This document shows positions 52,240 to 54,557 of a stretch of DNA of 54,557 bases, one piece after another. A model generated the notes under the pieces. It was not told where the DNA came from. It searched no databases and worked only from the letters and a program-made list of their open reading frames with translations. The position numbers were made by a program, and so were the translations under genes. The DNA comes from Priapulus caudatus. Taxonomy: Eukaryota. The first letter of the stretch is position 1; each line of letters starts with the position of its first letter. The stretch is from the NCBI RefSeq assembly GCF_000485595.1, contig NW_014577068.1, positions 400,379-454,935 of the forward strand, written 5' to 3'.

Positions 52240-52940
52240 GTTTTTTATCGTGAATCCTTGCCGCTGTAACTCGCGCAGAATGTAGCTATTCAATCCGATT
52301 AAAGATAGGACTTGCGAGCTCAGTAATATTTAGCAGCCGGAATAGGCATAATCTAATGAAACAAAAAAAAATGCGGAATGTACGTGACTCGATGTGCGAT
52401 TGTGAGCGGGGAAAAAGCATCTGAAAATAGAAGTGACTGATAGAATGTGTGATTTTATTGTGGTGCATCGCGAAGCCTTGCCGCTGTAGAGAAATGAATG
52501 ATAAGGTGTGCGGTTTGCAGCTTGATTGGTGCTGTGGTGTATCGCGAAGCCTGGCCGCTGTAATGAAATGAATGATAAGGTGTGCGGTTTGCAGTTTGAG
52601 TGGTGCTTTGATTGTGGTGCATCGCGTGAATCCTTGCCGCTGTAACTCGCGCAGAATGTAGCTATTCGATCTGATAAAAGATAGGACTTGCGAGCTCTGT
52701 AATATTGAGCAGCCGGAATAGGCATAATCTAATGATACGTAAACAAAATTGCGGAATGTGCGCGACTGTGTGTCACGTGTGTGATTGTGAGCGGATTACC
52801 TGATCTGTGATTGTGAGCGGTAAAAAGCAATCTGAAAATGGTTTGGAGTGAAAAGAAAAGAAAAATAGAAGTGACGGATATAATGTGTGATTTTGATTGG
52901 AATGCATCGCTTCGCTGTAACTTGCGCAGAATGTAGCAAC
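52240..52940 (+). repeat. Diverged tandem duplication, period ~376 bp
   Basis: GTGAATCCTTGCCGCTGTAACTCGCGCAGAATGTAGCTATTC...GGAATAGGCATAATCTAATGA at 52250 and 52626; partial third copy near 52914. Confidence 0.85.
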
Positions 52941-54133
52941 TGATCCAGTACATTGAGCTAGTAAACCAACTTGAGGGAAAATTGCTGAGAATTAATATTG
53001 AGAGGATCATGAATAAGCGTAATCGAATGAAAACATGCGCGTTTGAGTGATTTGCTGATACATAGTGGAGCGTTCGTGATGTTTGAAGTTGTGTTTGTGA
53101 AGCAATGTCGCAGTTATAATACAGTAATAGCCAATATTAAATGCGGTAACAGGAAATGGTGCTAGTAAACCACATCTAGAATTGCGGTAACAACATTTAA
53201 AAATAATCTAGTCTATAAGCGTGAATATGTATAACCAACAGTCAAACGCGTTGATGACTAAAACGTGTAAGGTCATTTAGGACGATTGTCAATCTAAAGA
53301 AAAGTAAAAAAAAAATGCGGAGTGATTAGCAACTTGTAAGTTGTAAATACGAATAAAATATTTTAAAAAGTAACCATCACATTTCTGTTGACATTTTTTT
53401 GCTTGCGTTTTGACTTGTATAGAATTCCAGTGTGGTAACAATGCTCGTAATAAAGTAGCACATTGAACAAATATGTACAGAGAGAATTTGTTTAAATGAG
53501 AGTAAACAGCTGCACAACATGCGACCCACAGCACACTAGTGTAAACTCCGCCACGACTATCAACTTGGTGTAAAACCTCTGTCAGATAATAACGAGTCCT
53601 TATAAGAGATTATTTATTTATCAACAATAACGAGCGATTTATTTATCAACAACAACAAGCGATTTTCAATTACCAACAATAATAGCAATGCACCATGGGA
53701 GAGATGGGGGGGTCCGGACCGCCCTTTAATTTCAAAGTGCCCTTATTTTCATCCGAAATTTTTTAGGGCTAGTTTTTCTGATAAAGATTTTCTTATATAC
53801 AGTACATATAATATACTATATAAATTCGTTATAAAAATTTAGAAATGGGCAAAGAGGGGTCAAAATTACTGCTCGGATGCTCTCAGAATGCACCAATGTT
53901 TAAAAATCCTTGGGGGAGGTCCCCTAACCCCGACCCCCTAAGTGGCCTTCGGCAGCTTTTTCAAAACACCAGAAAAATGAAGCAGGAAAAGGTGCCCTTT
54001 ATTCCTTTCAAAAATCATGGCTCCGCCCCTGAAGTTGAATATGCAAATGCGCTGAACATCCCACAGAAAGGTTGATAGATCGTTGAAAAATTGATCAACT
54101 CGTCAACTTTACAAATAAACGTTAAAATGTAGT

Positions 54134-54557
54134 GTGACCCCAGCTTTGGTAATAATGTATTATGGAGCCGTCTTTGGAGTGAGTGAGCCAGTGGTCACCA
54201 CCTACGTGCTGAGCGGGAGTGCGCGCACGTACAGCTCCGACGCAATGGCAGACCACGTATATATGATATCGGTGATGACAGTCTGGGGGAGCACCCGTCC
54301 TGTGAGAAGAACACATGACAAGGTTACGAAGCAGTAATATTTAGAATAGGAATATATTTACAACCAAAAATAAACTAACGAACATACATGAATATATTTT
54401 GAGAGACAATATCAGTGATCACTTAATAGTTCGGCCAGTTTTCTATAGCTCGTATTATAAGCTTGTATTATTTAATAAGAACGGTAGTTTCTTCTATTTA
54501 GCTTCTTCTCCTAGACGATCTGCAGCCGGATATCCGCGCGAAGCGCGCCAACGCCGC
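54134..54557 (+). CDS. Possible exons of a further gene running off the window end (FN3-like text)
   Basis: GC-richer stretch VVTTYVLSGSARTYSSDAMADHVYMISVMTVWGS loosely resembles the C-terminal half of a fibronectin type III repeat; candidate donor GACAAG|GT near 54322 and a good acceptor CTTCTTCTCCTAG|AC at ~54514 followed by GC-rich sequence. Confidence 0.25.

Overview
Eukaryotic (animal; probably a lophotrochozoan invertebrate, inferred from intron style, TTAGGG tracts and a HINE-type element) genomic window with two N gaps. It holds the 3' part of a multi-exon CEP170-family gene (+, 1-9483), a complete 4-exon HAT1 (-, 13100-17868) head-to-head with a complete 6-exon ARV1 (+, 18801-25821), and a single-coding-exon SERTA/IER-like gene (+, 42074-42514) with a clean TATA+Inr promoter. 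Introns and intergenic DNA are dense with MITEs (TA-, TTAA-, TTA- and 8-bp-TSD types, several carrying TTAGGG tracts) and a nested Helentron-type HINE. The most unusual structures are: (i) a ~2-kb inverted duplication (28.45-30.47 kb vs 34.05-36.21 kb) enclosing co-oriented, frameshifted ORF-like stretches, which may be a long-TIR element or a long-read gap-fill artefact; (ii) a base-precise 1043-bp inversion (49248-50290) whose reversal restores a 900-bp repeat unit, a 27-bp array and a 277-codon ORF; (iii) an 88-bp minisatellite made from a CEP170 exon end plus splice donor, with an internal inversion. All calls come from manual reading and recalled family motifs; no database search was run.
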